From positions 124,001-188,000 of the forward strand of contig NMRA01000062.1 in NCBI GenBank assembly GCA_002633005.1: a stretch of DNA of 64,000 nucleotides, given 5' to 3'. A model generated the notes under the pieces. That model had not been told where the DNA came from and searched no databases. It saw nothing but the letters and a program-made list of their open reading frames with translations. Both the position numbers and the translations under genes were made by a program. Shown one piece after another: positions 14,406 through 28,339 of the stretch. The DNA comes from Phoronis australis (lineage: Eukaryota > Animalia > Phoronida). The first letter of the stretch is position 1. Each line of letters begins with the position of its first letter.

Positions 14406-16931
14406 CTGCATAGGAGACCACAACAATATTCAATATGAATAACATGAAATATCCCAGACACTGTTTGATATTCACTAGCCATAACAGTGAGTACTAGTAA
14501 GATAAATTATTTTACTTGACAAGGTTCCACCAAAAGATAAACTCCACGCGAACACGGTTAGGGAAGTCCAAGGTGAGAAAGAAAATTGCAAGACTCACTG
14601 TTTTGTACCATAAAAGCACCACTATAGTACCTATCCATAGACACAAAACATTGTTCATTGCAGCTAAAACACTTCCTCAATTTGACCAAAAATAGATCTG
14701 TGATATGAATGCTTACATACAAACGCAGATAAACTTGCCAAAGCCAACGGAACCACATGAAAGGCCTACCTCACAGTAGGTGTCAATAGTGAGGTGGTTA
14801 GAATCTATGGCAGAACATTGGGGTGTGACTTTCATGGACAATGCGGCCAAATGCACCACGGTTTGTAAACCGCAATGTTGATGAGATCTAGCCAGACTGA
14901 GAGTGTTGTCCATAAACAATACAACAACAATTTCACGTAGGAAGATATTGTCAGATTCGTTAGTGGCATAAAATCAGTTGCGAAAGTTTTGATTCGTAGT
15001 TGATTTCATTTAATTTTCATAATTTGTATTTTGGCCTTCCTAAGTACAAAGGCACTTCAGGCAAAAATGCTAATTTTACATGGGTTACTGAAAAGACACA
15101 CTGTCTTAAATTAATGATTGAAATCCTTTTGAAAAAGATTTAATTTCATTGCACGACCATCATGTAACATCTTTCCTGGTTTAGAGTCTTTGGCGTATGT
15201 AAACATTTGTTCGGAACTTTGAGTACTCCAAATTTTAGTGATTTTTGCTTCAAAACAAAAAGTTACAATCATAAGAAGAATTTTTTTCGTTGTTTTGTTT
15301 TGTTTTGATGCCCCCCATATTTTCTATGCAATAACTAAAGACAAAAATTAGTGGTCACCAAATTCGTGTCTGAGATTTTTTTAGCTCAAACAGTGTGGCA
15401 CCCAGACTCTCTCCCTCAGTAAAAAGCAAACATAGATTACAACAATAAATAGTGGCCTATAAAAATAATACATTTTCAGGAAACACTTTCATGGGTGAGG
15501 AGGTATAGCTTTGTTTTGATACTTGTCAAAATGGCAATAATTGTGAAAAATCTTTAATCTTTATTATAGAATATATCTGGCAAAGTGCAGATGCAGGTAT
15601 CATCATGAGACAATAGCACCATCTAGTGGCAAATACAAAAAGCTCTACTACATAATAGCTGATCTGCATAGCAAAGTTATGTTTCTCATCTGTTAGTTTT
15701 TGACCAAAACACAACATATTTCAATAGAATATGGAAAGTTGACTGTCTGGTGTTTATGACAGGCAGACATTATAAGACACAGGGGAACAAGTACCCCATT
15801 CATATGGGGTATAGTACTAGTGTTTGACTCACCATAACACTCATCTCCAAATTTCCAACAAACACCCATGCTCACTTTAATGTCTCTGAATACCTGTCTC
15901 TCATACCAAAAAGTACGAAATCTGTTTATCATGAGGCAACTCCTACGCTAACATTTAGGGATTTGCTACCCCAACGCCAAATCAATCTTAAGCCAGACTG
16001 TAACTAACCCACCCTAATCCATTCAGAAATTAACACGTGGCTTAGCCACGCTGCTGAAGAAATCTTATTTGCTAATTTCTCCGATAATGCATCGATTTTT
16101 AAAGATTCAAAGATGGCTAATATTTACTTTTTAATTTTCAAAACATATTGGTTGCCTTACTTATTGTTCGTCTTTTCACTTTGAAACTAGTGCGCTAAAC
16201 AGGCGCCTTGCTTATGACCGCAATTATCTCAATCAATACCCATTCGGTCAAACCCATGAATAGCGACTAGCTGACTTCAATCTGTGACGGCACCATCAAG
16301 CATTTGATGTGCCAAGGAAGACACTGGATACTCTGGGGTGACCAGTGCATGCTTTCTCGTCCACTTGCGTGTAAATCCCATTAGCGTAAGAGTTTCTCAA
16401 CTGTCATTGACTAATGAACAGTCAGAGTTGCAGCAGCAGGAGTTATCTCCCACTGCGTGAGTCTGACAGACAAGTAGCTTACCACCACTTGACGTTTATC
16501 CTAATAGTCCAATCTTCAAAATGTTGTTTTTCAATGCCCATGCTGGGTTTAACGCCAAGCTCCAGATGTTTGAGTTCTCCCATTTGACTACCTACCGTGT
16601 TAACCCCGAAGAGTTATTTGTAGTAGTTATGAAGTAACATGAAGTGAAATAAATATAAGTCAACCTTTTGACTACAAAACACAAGATCCTAACAATTATA
16701 ACCTAAGGGACAAAACAAGAACAGCGCTACGGGTAACAACTTTTCGTTGCCTGTCCATAACACGTAGCATGTTTGTTAGCATGTCTGTTGGTTGTCTGTA
16801 AAACTTGATGTGTTAGTTGAACAATAGTTTTTTATTTCATACTGTGAATGGAGATTTCAGACACTGTTTCAAATTGCTACTGACCAACCTCTCCTAAGTG
16901 AAAATAAGAAATATGATGTCATGTAGGGTAC

Positions 16932-17209
16932 CTTATATTTGTTGTCGGAGGAGATGCCAGGTTTTTCTTTCTTTATCTTTGTTTCAGAATCAGACGATTG
17001 CCATTGGAGATCACATGACAAACGCTGTTCATCGGAAGATAGCTCACTTTGATCATGTGACAGCTGGGTGTGGTCATGCGACTGTTGCCTGTGGTCATGT
17101 GATGGTCGACAATGATCATGTGACTCCCCACTAAAATCACTTGACCATTCACTGAAGTCATACGATTGTTGATTTCCTAGCCAAACATTTGGCGGCACTG
17201 TAAACATTT
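16932..17209 (-). CDS. Putative exon of uncharacterized gene, S-H-D heptad repeats
   Basis: attttttcag| acceptor, AAG|gtaccc donor, open frame, phase 1-0, 21-nt coding repeat. Confidence 0.6.
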
Positions 17210-17326
17210 CTGAAAAAATGTTTAAGATTGTAAATTCAGTCACAAACAGATATTACCGGTAGTTGTAAAAACAGTAATTGATAAAAATTGGACTTTGCAA
17301 TAAAGGGATTATTAAATTTGGTACCA

Positions 17327-17327
<1 letters not shown>

Positions 17328-17367
<40 letters not shown>

Positions 17368-17371
17368 CAAT
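17328..17371. repeat. (AAT)n microsatellite
   Basis: Direct inspection. Confidence 0.95.
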
Positions 17372-18130
17372 ACTCTGAAACACAAACAAAATGGAAGTTT
17401 ACAAAGTTAACTTACCTAAATCATAGAACATTAATTACCAATACAGACACACTTTCAAAGTTTGTAAGGCCTTTATACAAAACACCAACAAGCAATCAAT
17501 ATAAGTTACAACTTATGACAATTCATCACATATGTATGCTTAACACACGTGTGTCTCAATGGTGGAGATTTATAAAAAATTGACTTCATAGTTACCGTAG
17601 CAACGATTGGTACACAACAATATGACCAAGATACCATGCTGAGTAGCGCCAATTACCAACAAAAAAACAATTTGTCAATGCCAGAAAGGTCGACATCCCT
17701 TGCAAATCATTTCTTACGCCAGGCATCGGTAATATGGTCCGTTCCAAATGTAGTGCCATCTACAAAAATCTTAGTTTTGGTTCATGTTTCAGAGTAGAAC
17801 CCTTTTTAAAAGGTCATTATGCAGTCAGTTTTATCCTTAATTTTACACAGTCTACACAGACAGAGCAAGACGGTTTATAGGTTCGTTCAATAGTTGCTGC
17901 AAGCGATAAACGATAAAACAATACGTGTTTCAAAGAAAATATTGAAAACTCAGATACAACCACCTGGCCCATCTAATTTTACTGTTTAAAGTAGTAAATA
18001 ATGGCATTTGGATAAGGTACAGTAATATGGAGCTCACTGACTTCATTCATTACCTCAAACTTCATTTTAGTTTTGATATTCACACTTTCAACAGTACCTA
18101 ACGTTAGTGCTCTATGAAACCTTAACCTAC

Positions 18131-18440
18131 AGATTGCAAACATTTTTAAGTCTGGTCTGCACGCCATCTGTTGGCCCCATCACATGATCTAACTAAAGAA
18201 CACAGGTATAAAAAGATTTCTGCCCCCCGACCTGGACTCAAACTCCGGACCTTTTGCTGACCCTGCAGACACTCTAGTACACAAAGCCGTCAGGACCACT
18301 GGTTGAACACACGGTTAGCAGGAGGTCCTGGTTCAAGTCCTGTTTGGGCCAGCAATCTTTTCAAACTTATGTTTATTAGGTTAGTACGTAATGTGGACAA
18401 CAGGTAGAGTGTGGACAAGACTTTAAAATGTTTGTGATCT
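18131..18440. mobile_element. Palindromic element built from two divergent tRNA-derived arms (copy 1)
   Basis: Long imperfect inverted arms; B-boxes GGTTCAAGTCC (+, 18330) and AGTTTGAGTCC (-, 18234-18244). Confidence 0.7.
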
Positions 18441-20187
18441 ATACTTCCAGTTCAAGATTTACATACAAACATGCAGACTGTAAACCATTTAACAGACATT
18501 TCAAAATCTCAAAAGAAAACCCAGCACTTTAGCAGTGTAGGGCATACAGGCATATGGTGACTTGAATGATTCTTTGGTGCATGGGTATAACTCAGTTGAT
18601 TTGTCAGAAACACAAACTATCCCTACAGTTTTAACTACTGTCTCCATGTTGTATTACCAGAGTCATCAAAGGTCAGAGTTCAACATAAATAGCCTTATAG
18701 AACTACAGAAGTACAAGGACCAAGCTTTACTGAATAGTTCGCCAATAACAATTTAAGAAACAAAAAAACTTTCGACCTTACATAGAACCCCCGGCTCAGT
18801 ACATCAGTGAACAGAATAACAAGTTGAAGATAATTATAGTCAAAACAGAGATGACCTATTTAATCCAGGCTGAAACTTAGTGACATACATCATAGATTTT
18901 TTAAAACCTAACCTATCAATAAACTGGAAGACAGGTTTCTGTACCACCATCTACAAAAATCGCAACATTTTAAGGTCACAGACCTAAGGCAAATAACAAC
19001 ACACACAGAATTGAGAAATACTAATCACATGATTAGACATCACATGACATAAATGTTTATTTAACACATCACATCCTCATGATGTTTGTGTTCAATAGGA
19101 CTGCATTGCTCAACTCAAACTTTCAACAATTTTGATTGTTTAAACAGCAACTAAAACCATGTTTGGTCAAAAACAGACTTGATTTTGACGAGACACAGAA
19201 CTACAAAACAGGCTGAGAAGTGTTTTTCTGTTTTTCGGAGCTTGGACAAAATGACATATTGTCGCTACTGATGTGAGCCCAGTATTGGTGACGAGTAAGT
19301 TGACATTCAGTGGCTACCGCGAATTTTCGAAAATGGGCTCACCAAAAAGTACGCCGATGAGCATATTTTTAGAAAAATTTCCAAAATTATGCCCATAGGC
19401 ACATTTTAAGTAACTGTTTGCATGTTTAGAAAATCTGATGGATTTTTCTAGAATAGGCATGTACATAATATATTTTGATGTAAAATGTTTATTTTGGGAA
19501 AACAAAAAATATATATATTTTGACTATCATTAAGAGATATTAAGTGACATTTTGGTACTGACAATTAGCACAATATAAAGGACAGTTTTAACGCAGTGTA
19601 TTTGCTGAATGTAAAATAAGTATGGACGAATGAAAGTGTTACTAGTGAGACACACCAGCATACATTAAAAAGAATGTTTTTAATTCAAAAAAACTTACAA
19701 TTAATGTTTGTTTAACAAAAACTGCATCATAAAATGATTGACAAATTTTCCACAAATTCACTCCCCTTTTCGAAAATACGCATGAGCGCATACTTTTAAG
19801 TTTCATTTGGCCATAGAACTCTAGCTCTGGAATGCCAAGTTACGAACACGTAACCAATGTATTCTATTATTAGAGCTTGCAACCCCAAGACTATCTGCAA
19901 GAGTTTTCACTATGAATTTCCGGTTGTCAGCTCCATTGACTTTTGATAGGGTGTTGTAGTTATCAAATCAAGCCTAATTTCATTGCTTCAGTTTCATTTT
20001 GACATCTTTTGTGTTCATCTAGGGAGATTCTTGAGCTACAGTTCCAGACAATGAGATTTCCCGCCAAAATTAGTCAACAAACCTGACAATTACATTGGTC
20101 ATTCTTTAAATGCACCAGCCCATGACCGTGGCCAGATACCAGGAATAGTCTGGCGTCCGATATCTTTTCATCTCCAATCCTAGAATC

Positions 20188-20307
20188 ATTTTCAACAACC
20201 TATCAAACTACATGCTAGGAGTTTTTCAACAAGAAAATTTTGGGTATTTTCAACAACCTATCAAACTACATGCTAGGAGTTTTTCAACAAGAAAATTTTG
20301 GGTATTT
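20188..20307. repeat. 58-bp perfect tandem duplication
   Basis: ATTTTCAACAACCTATCAAACTACATGCTAGGAG...TTTTGGGT twice. Confidence 0.9.
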
Positions 20308-22902
20308 AAGTCAAGTTACCGAACTTTAAGGAATAAGAAGTGACTTTTGATTTTTGAATGTTTTTTCGGCAACTCTAAATGAAAAGTACTAACTAACAAG
20401 TGTTTACTTAACTTTTAAAAAACTAATCGTGTTTGCGTACCTAAGTGTGTGCCTTTGCGTTTGCATATTAAATTTAATTCAGTTGTTTCTATAATAATTC
20501 ACTTGTGCAATGTTTACCTGTTGCCCAAACACTTTTTTGTTAATTTGATTTCTGAGCAGTGAATGTTATCTGTAGTATTTACCAATGTCCGTGAAATAAA
20601 ATTTGCAAAAACAAAAAGTTTACCTTGTAAAAAAATCCAATCCAATACTTTGTGTTCCTGACAGCACACACTGTACTTGATAAGTATCCTGCTCTTGGCA
20701 GACTATCTCACTTTTTGAATTTTTCCCGCCACCCAGTCAAAATACTGTTGTAATTTCCCACGTGACATAGCGCTATTTTCCTGTTCAACTAAAGAAAAAA
20801 ACAGGACGTTTTAAGGGTTTTTGAGACACCCGCAATTGCCTATTTTGCTTGAAAAAACAACAAAAAAGCAGTCGGGTACTTTTGGGTTTAACGTCTCCCG
20901 TTTGACAAAAAAAACGCTGTCGTCTATGTGTGTTGCAGTGAACATTTCACCCTTGCGTTTTCCAATAAGCCCTGCTTTGTGTTTGAAAATCTTGCTTTAC
21001 AATCCAGTTGTCCCATTTTTTCATTCTCAAATGTTGACAACTATGGAACAGGTGTACATAATTTGTCATTTTGTCATGAATGCTGTTGGGAAGTCCTGCA
21101 CTGCAATCCATGTAATGTTCAATCCACAATACATTTCAAACCTTTTTAATAGATGTTTGCTCAATTTTTATCCTTCAGAAAACCTTTATCTGCAAATTTC
21201 GGATAGGGACTTGGAGTAATTAGTTTATCACATTTTTGTAAATGTCACTGCATCCTGAATTTTTAATGAAGAACTATATTAAATGGCACCAAAGTTCCAT
21301 GCAATATGCATAGATGGATAACTTTCAATGAATGACAGACTGAATTCTTCACAGCAACTGTGAGAATTCATATGCTAAAATCTTTGTCTTGATAGTGTAG
21401 AATTTTTTTGAATCATTGAAATTATTTCTGCTGGTTTAAATACTTATTTACATTATCTTTCTGGTCCGGTGTCTTTTTATATTACCATTATGCCCTGATA
21501 GTTTTCGCATTTTGGAAACGAAAATTAATATTTAAACCTGTCAAGTATGCTAAATGATGATAATTTAGGAATTGAATTGTTTATTGTTTGGTTCTACTAT
21601 GCACCATCAAGAAATGATGAAGGCCTTTCTAATGACACGGCTCTAGCTCAAATTCGGCAGAAAAACGGCGGAGTTGCAAAATGTTTTAGCGGCAGTAAAT
21701 TCTAAAGGTATAACCTACATCAGAACAAACGAATGTACGCAAATGACACGCATGTGCGGCGCAACCTCAGCCAGCGCGAGATCGAAGTAGGCATTCAAGG
21801 GCTAGAATTCAATGATTTGAAATTTTGAGAGGTCATTTAACAAAAATCGTCCTTTTGGCCTATTTTCGAAGTTTCTGGTACTGAAGCTAGACTTGTTCAG
21901 TATTTAATAAGTTAAAACTCCAGGTTTAAGCTAAATCAAAATATACACAATAACAACAATAACATCAGACAATCACACATCATGTTGCAGAGAAACCTCA
22001 TTACTTTTAGACTAAGACAAAAAGACAAAACTAAATATTGTTTCCATTTCCAAATGCTACTAACATTGCTGTGAATGACCACATTTGCTCAAAACACCAG
22101 CTGGTGGTAGCCATAGTTTACAACTCCAAAACGATAAAACATTTATTTGGTGCTACGTACAATATAAGAAAAAAATGAAAAGTGAAATTTCCTGTGGCGC
22201 TGTATTTCCTAAATTGGTGAGATTTACAATACAACAATGCATCTAACACCAAGTAACAATGGATAATATTAAGTAGATAATTCCATGTTTTATATAACCC
22301 AAACCATCAAGATAAAACAAGATTGTTAACAATGGATGACCCACATTTATGAAATCACAAAAAATACAGCTAAGAACTATGTACCTATGTTGTGCTAGGT
22401 TGAACATAACGCAGAAATTTCTATCAGTGAGGATGTTATTTTAAGTTTGACATCCAACTTATTAACGTCCATGACAGCATTTTCACACATACCTTTTATC
22501 ATTTGAAATCCTTAAAGAGCTTAAAATCACCAATTTCACCAGTCGATCAGTAGAACACCCACAAACACTATCTTGACAATATGTTAATAAGATGATATCG
22601 AGTTACGAGTATTTATTGGCTGATACATAAAATGTAAAATTGGGACAACCAATGACTGCAATAGTCACCCTCCATTGTGTTTAGTATGTAAAGTTGTCAG
22701 AAATTGCTGCTCATTTTTCCTGTGGTTAATGATATAAAAAGAATGGCACTGCATTACGTTTGTAGTGGTTGTGATAACTCAGTATTTGTCCACCGTGTGG
22801 CTCTTTTCACTTTCCTGAGGGACATCAGAGAAGCACGGATATGGCACAATTTTGTACAAGAAACTCTCGCGTTGGTGGACATGACACACAGGCACTGGGT
22901 AC

Positions 22903-22921
22903 CTTCATATGTCAAACTCAT
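22903..22921 (-). CDS. Possible start-codon exon of uncharacterized gene (MSLTYE, phase 1)
   Basis: tttctcag| acceptor at 22932, ATG at 22921, GAAG|gtaccc donor; phase fits the 17209 acceptor but the exon is short and speculative. Confidence 0.3.
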
Positions 22922-23788
22922 GACCGTGGAGCTGAGAAACTTTGAATTAATTAAATTCCCTTTTCTTCTAATTTCTCGTTTTTGGGAAACTGAATTCGTG
23001 ATTGTGACATGTAGTGTTACAAACCAATGTTTAGTGATGCTGACAATGTAGTCATTCATCAAAACAAAGTAAATGGTGGTTTTAAGCACTTTAGCAATAT
23101 GTTAACTATAAGTAAAAAATGCTAATGTAATGAACTACATCCGGTGCACCAAAAATTGTTCCAAGATCAAAGGGTTGCGTCTTAAAAGATCTTAAATGTG
23201 CGCTCCTGAACGTGGACATTCTTTGCAGTTTTTGTGAATTTTGCCTTCTTTGCTCATTTTTTTAGAGGCAACGCCATCTTGTCAGCAGCTGGATAAAAAA
23301 CAAGTATCACCCAGATATGAGTGATAGAGGAAATACACGCCTGATGAAAATTCAATACATTGTATCCGCATACTCATACAAATGTGTCAACAATGTCATT
23401 GTCAATGTGGCCAGTTTTTTTTAAGGCTTCAGATAAGGCAGTTAATGAGGCGAGTTTTGTAGAAATTAAGTAACCCCATGGGCTTAGTTTGGGATGATGT
23501 GAGAAATAGTGAAGGCTGTTTTTAATTTCTGTTGTAAAGCTAAAATGTTGTTTACAGCACTTTTGACATCTCAATTTTATCCATCTACAAGTTTGAGAGT
23601 TCTTTCATCATAAAATCCCTGAGCTGAATGAGACAATGATGTCAACCCCCCCGTATGATGTTTCAATTTTCAACCAATTCTTTTATTTTTCACTTTTTTA
23701 TAAATTTAAAGCCAGAGTCTCGTGAAATTCATTATATTTTTGAAACTATAACAAACTAGCAAGATTTGTGCTGATAAAACTTGAAATT

Positions 23789-24107
23789 ACAAGCTCATTT
23801 TGTTCATTACTACCACAAGCTCATTTTGTTCATTACTACCACAAGCTCATTTTGTTCATTACTACCACAAGGTTATTTTGTTCATTACTAACACAAGGTC
23901 ATTTTGTTCATTACTACCACAAGCTAATTTTGTTCATTACTACCACAAGCTCATTTTGTTCATTACTACCACAAGGTCATTTGGTTCATTACTACCACAA
24001 GCTAATTTTGTTCGTTACTACCACAAGCTAATTTTGTTCATTACTACCACAAGGTCATTTTGTTTGTGATTACCAGAATCTCATTTTGTTCATTTCTGCC
24101 ACAACCT
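23789..24107. repeat. 26-bp minisatellite, about 12 copies
   Basis: Unit ACAAGCTCATTTTGTTCATTACTACC with no spacers. Confidence 0.95.
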
Positions 24108-27100
24108 CAGAGGTACAGTGATTACTTGATCTAAATGCCAGACAGTCAGAGACCTTTGATAAAATCTGCTAGTAAGCCTAAACAGATTGAGGAGAGGTTG
24201 CATCTAAGAAATCTTGAATCGTTCTGCATGCATGACCATGACATACTTACTGTTATAGTTTTGAAAAATATTGTTTCCTTTTCGTTTTATGCAACTTTAA
24301 TCTTTTCCGCAAAAACCATATCAGTCCTATCTTTGATAGTCCCTCATACAAACATTTACAAAATAATTCCTATCAGGATTTTGGAGAAAAGTGCATAACA
24401 GTTTCACGTGAATCCACGCATTCACTTCTTAGATATGACGTTCCTAAGTTCGCCAAAATTGAACATTTTTCTAAAAGGGCATTTCATAACCTGAACCCTG
24501 ATCCGGTGCCAAAAGACAACATTTTTCACAGGCGTATTTGTTCTTCCAGGGCCATGTCATCAAGTTGATGTCCTTTGAAATGAAATTGATTACGATATAA
24601 CATCAGAAATTCCCGAAATGGCCACAATGCTCATGACATAATTTCTCCATGAAAGGACACAATGTGGCCAACAAGTGAAATTTTCAGTCAAATTGCGAAT
24701 TTGTGGCAAACCTGAAGGCTCTCAAAAATGAATCGAGATAAACTTCCTGACTACTATAAAGTCGCTTGCACAAGAAAACACTTTTAGAACACAGCTTCCA
24801 GCATTCAGAATTCTGGCAACAGAACATTTAGTACGGCATGAAAAGAAAGCAGACTTTATAGTTGTCATCTGTAATTGTTAATCAATGTTCCAAACCCAAG
24901 ATTGCCTCGACAAACTAATGCGAAATCAGAGGTTCGAGACAGATATGACAGTGATTTCAGTCTGAGATTGGCGACAAATAAGTTTGCAGGTAATACTTAA
25001 AAAAAGGATTTTCTACTGCTACATACATAAGAAAGAATGTTAGAAATTCCAAAAACATAAATGAAATGTTATTAGTAAATTATTGAATTACAAAATGACT
25101 GTTGCACTCTCACACAATACACTAATCAAATCAGCTCTCCAATTGCTGCCATGCTAGAAATAAGTGACATTTTTTATGTCAACTTGTCTGCAAACATAGC
25201 AAAACATTTGATTTTCAAAAGCGACCTTACTCAAAAAAGACCTTACTCAAAAGTGACTTAACTCAAAAATGACCTAATTCACAAGTCACCTTACTCAAAA
25301 GTGAACTAATTTGGGAGTAACCTTACTCAAAAGCTTTGGTGAGCCAGCATCATACAGATTGGAGGAAAAGAATCAGCTTTTTAGAAATGGCACAGTGCAG
25401 ACTACTTTAAACCTGGGCTATGAGAAGTAACTTGGGTAAGATGGCAGGGACCGGGGCATATTACGGAAGTCCATGAGAAGACTGAAACGCTAGGGATATC
25501 CCCATAGTAGTTAGGCTCATACTTTTAACAACAAGGGTGCTATAGCACGTGAAATAGCACGTGAAGTCGAAATATGATGTAAGTATGTATAGACTGCTGT
25601 ATACTGTTGGTATGCAGCTGGTATCTTGTCATGTTAGGATCCCGTGTTGTGCCAAATGTTCAAGTGCATTGGTCCGAGTGTGAGAAATCTGAGGCTCATC
25701 CATCAGTATTGATGGACAGAACCCAATGGTCTTCTAGAGGAAACTGTGGTAACTAAAGAACAAGAGTACCAACAGATGGCAATAAACAGAAGCAATACTT
25801 ACTTGAAGAATATATGTCAGCTATGGGAAGCTAGCAGCCATGACAGCAGGGGGCGCAAAAAAGACTGGAGGCATAGATAGTGTGTGTGAGGGTAGAGAGA
25901 GGAATGGAAGACATAGGTGTGTCAAGTTACCATGGTAATTTGTTCCATCTTCAGTCAGTGATCAATCTGAAACGGACAAAAGGTAAGATCTCATTATTTA
26001 AAACAAATGAGATTGCAATCAGTAAAGGGCATGAATCATTCACAAAACCGCAAAGCTGCTCTAAGTTATGAAGTGGAAAAATACCAATCACAATAACCCT
26101 TGCTCACCAGAGGGGAAAGATGTCTGTAACTTCCATGAAGGCAATGTTTTGGTTGAGGTTAGAACCCCCCCTCCCAGGCACCATCAATTCCTTCCACTTA
26201 TCCCCCATCACCACCTGCTGTGATATTGGCTTGCCAACATTGTATGCAAGCGTTTCATATTTTACAACTACCTTGGTGCGATTTTTACGTGTAGCCGCCA
26301 CCTCGGGTGACGTCATACCACGGCACAACATTCCCCCCCTCCCGGCGCTAACCCTCACCAACAATGCCTACTAGCCAAAACCACAAGTTTGCGGAAGCGA
26401 TTCTAACTTTGAGGGGGTTTTTAAAACCCTTGCCTGATGACTGGAATTTTGCATGATTTTTTGATTCTTGTCATAGGGGAATGGGACAATATTCGCCGGC
26501 CGTCAAAATCATGGCATTGGCGGTCCTGGTTGGATTTTTGGAACACTTAAGCTGTCACAAGATGAATAATATACAAAAATACAAGAGGGGTTAACTGTTT
26601 TGGATAGTGCAAACAACAATTTGAATGCAGTAACAGTAAAAAAGTAAAATTCGATAGAAATGACAAAATTTAATTTTTTTCTCACACTTGTCAATTATTG
26701 TGGGTAATCCAGAAGATGTCTGCATCAACATAAAATTTAAATTGATTAAAATTGGGTAGCTTCCTAGCAATAGCTCATGCATACATGTTTTAACAGTGGG
26801 AATCATTCACTCATCTCTCTCAGGAAAAGTTTGATGTCAGTTTGTTACAGTTAATAACAAACCAGTTCCGTAATTTTACATTCAGTTTTTGGGTAGGATT
26901 GAAATTTCTTTGTAACGGATTTTTAACAGCATTTAAGAGAGTCTAACAATCTTCAAAATTCCTAATCTACATCAATATGACATTTTCGTCAAAAAAAGTT
27001 GATATCTGCGATGATCTCCAACTCACAGCTCGCACAGTCTGGCAGAAATAAACCCCACTCAATAAATGGCAGAGGGTATTTTAGTCTATTAGTAAAGTAA

Positions 27101-28339
27101 CGGACTTAGATTTCTGTAAATCTTCGGCAGACAACGGAGTGAATTGACAATTTGTAATAGAATCGCCTAAACAAAACAGATTTTCTTCTTTCATAGCTCT
27201 CTCTGGTCAAAGTCAATAACTCCAACAAGTCCATCATACCCAACAATAATCTCCAGAATGCTAATCTTCCACCCAAAATCCACTTAAGTTCAACAGCAAT
27301 CCATAAAAATCCCTCATCTAACGTCATGACAGATTGCCCCATGACAAGATAACATTTATCAAACAGTAAAACAATGACATACCTTGAGGTATACAAGCCC
27401 AGAGTGTGATCTTCACCGTCAAATATACTGTATAAAAATGGCCTGAACATTACAAACTCTTACGCAAAATTGTTCACTCCTCTTCACCGCAAGTGTGATG
27501 CGAGAGTGCTTAAGTAAGTGGAAGACCCTGTTGCGTAAATAGGATGACACCAAACGACTATTTACATAACTGCTTTGTTCCCCCCACACACAAACGGATT
27601 TAGCAAGCCAAATCAGGACAATTGTTTACTCGAATATCCTCATCGTCAAATCCCCACCAGCTTCCAATTTGACGAAAGAGCATCCCAGAGGTGTTTTAGC
27701 ATAACTTTGAAACTAAAATATTTTGCGGACAACATTTCTTCAACTCAAACACGAAAGATTGACAAGAAGTATAACATATCTGACAAAACAAGTAACTTTT
27801 CAAAAGAACAGCATATGACTCTGATTATCAACCAATCGAAAACTTTTTCAAGACTTGGTGCGTTGAACAAAAAAACAAGTAATTAGAAAACTGGCCACTA
27901 TATCTGTCCAGATTAACAATAAGGACGGATAATAAAGAATCTCAAAAATCAGGGAGTGTGCATTTCTGTGAACAGTTACGTAAAAATTTAACACAACCCT
28001 GTGAATAAGTCCAACGGTTAATATTTGTAACGGTAGTACTATTAACGTACAGATAAAGTTGAAAATCAGTTAAGTGAATGAGCCCTGTGTTGTGTAATAA
28101 TTTGCTTTATCAGGCATAAACAAACACAACCGTCCACTTGTGTGACTGAGATAACTTATAAATCTGACTTAACCACTTATTGGAAAAATGCCAAAGTTGG
28201 CTAAATTTGGAAGAGCGTTCCTCAGAACTGACTAAGGCATTCATAAAAATCTTACTGATACTACAGAGTGCTTAATTCACAGGTACCTAAAATACCGTCA
28301 GGAATTTTTAAAATGTTCCACTATTGCACAAGGGGCTAT

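Noticed and set aside
14713-14919. Extra exon for the orphan gene (donor GAG|gtaggc near 14770)
   Set aside because: No acceptor gives the required phase 0 start
19313-21700. Large DNA transposon
   Set aside because: TE-like texture, but I could not identify convincing TIRs, a TSD or a transposase
23789-24107. CRISPR-like array, or coding repeat ORFs 23768-24069
   Set aside because: Contiguous 26-bp units with no unique spacers, no cas genes and a eukaryotic context; the unit length is not a multiple of 3
25803-25966. Coding exon on - (tttcag| ... |gtaagt)
   Set aside because: Splice sites look good but there is no through-reading frame; at most a 5' UTR exon of the orphan gene
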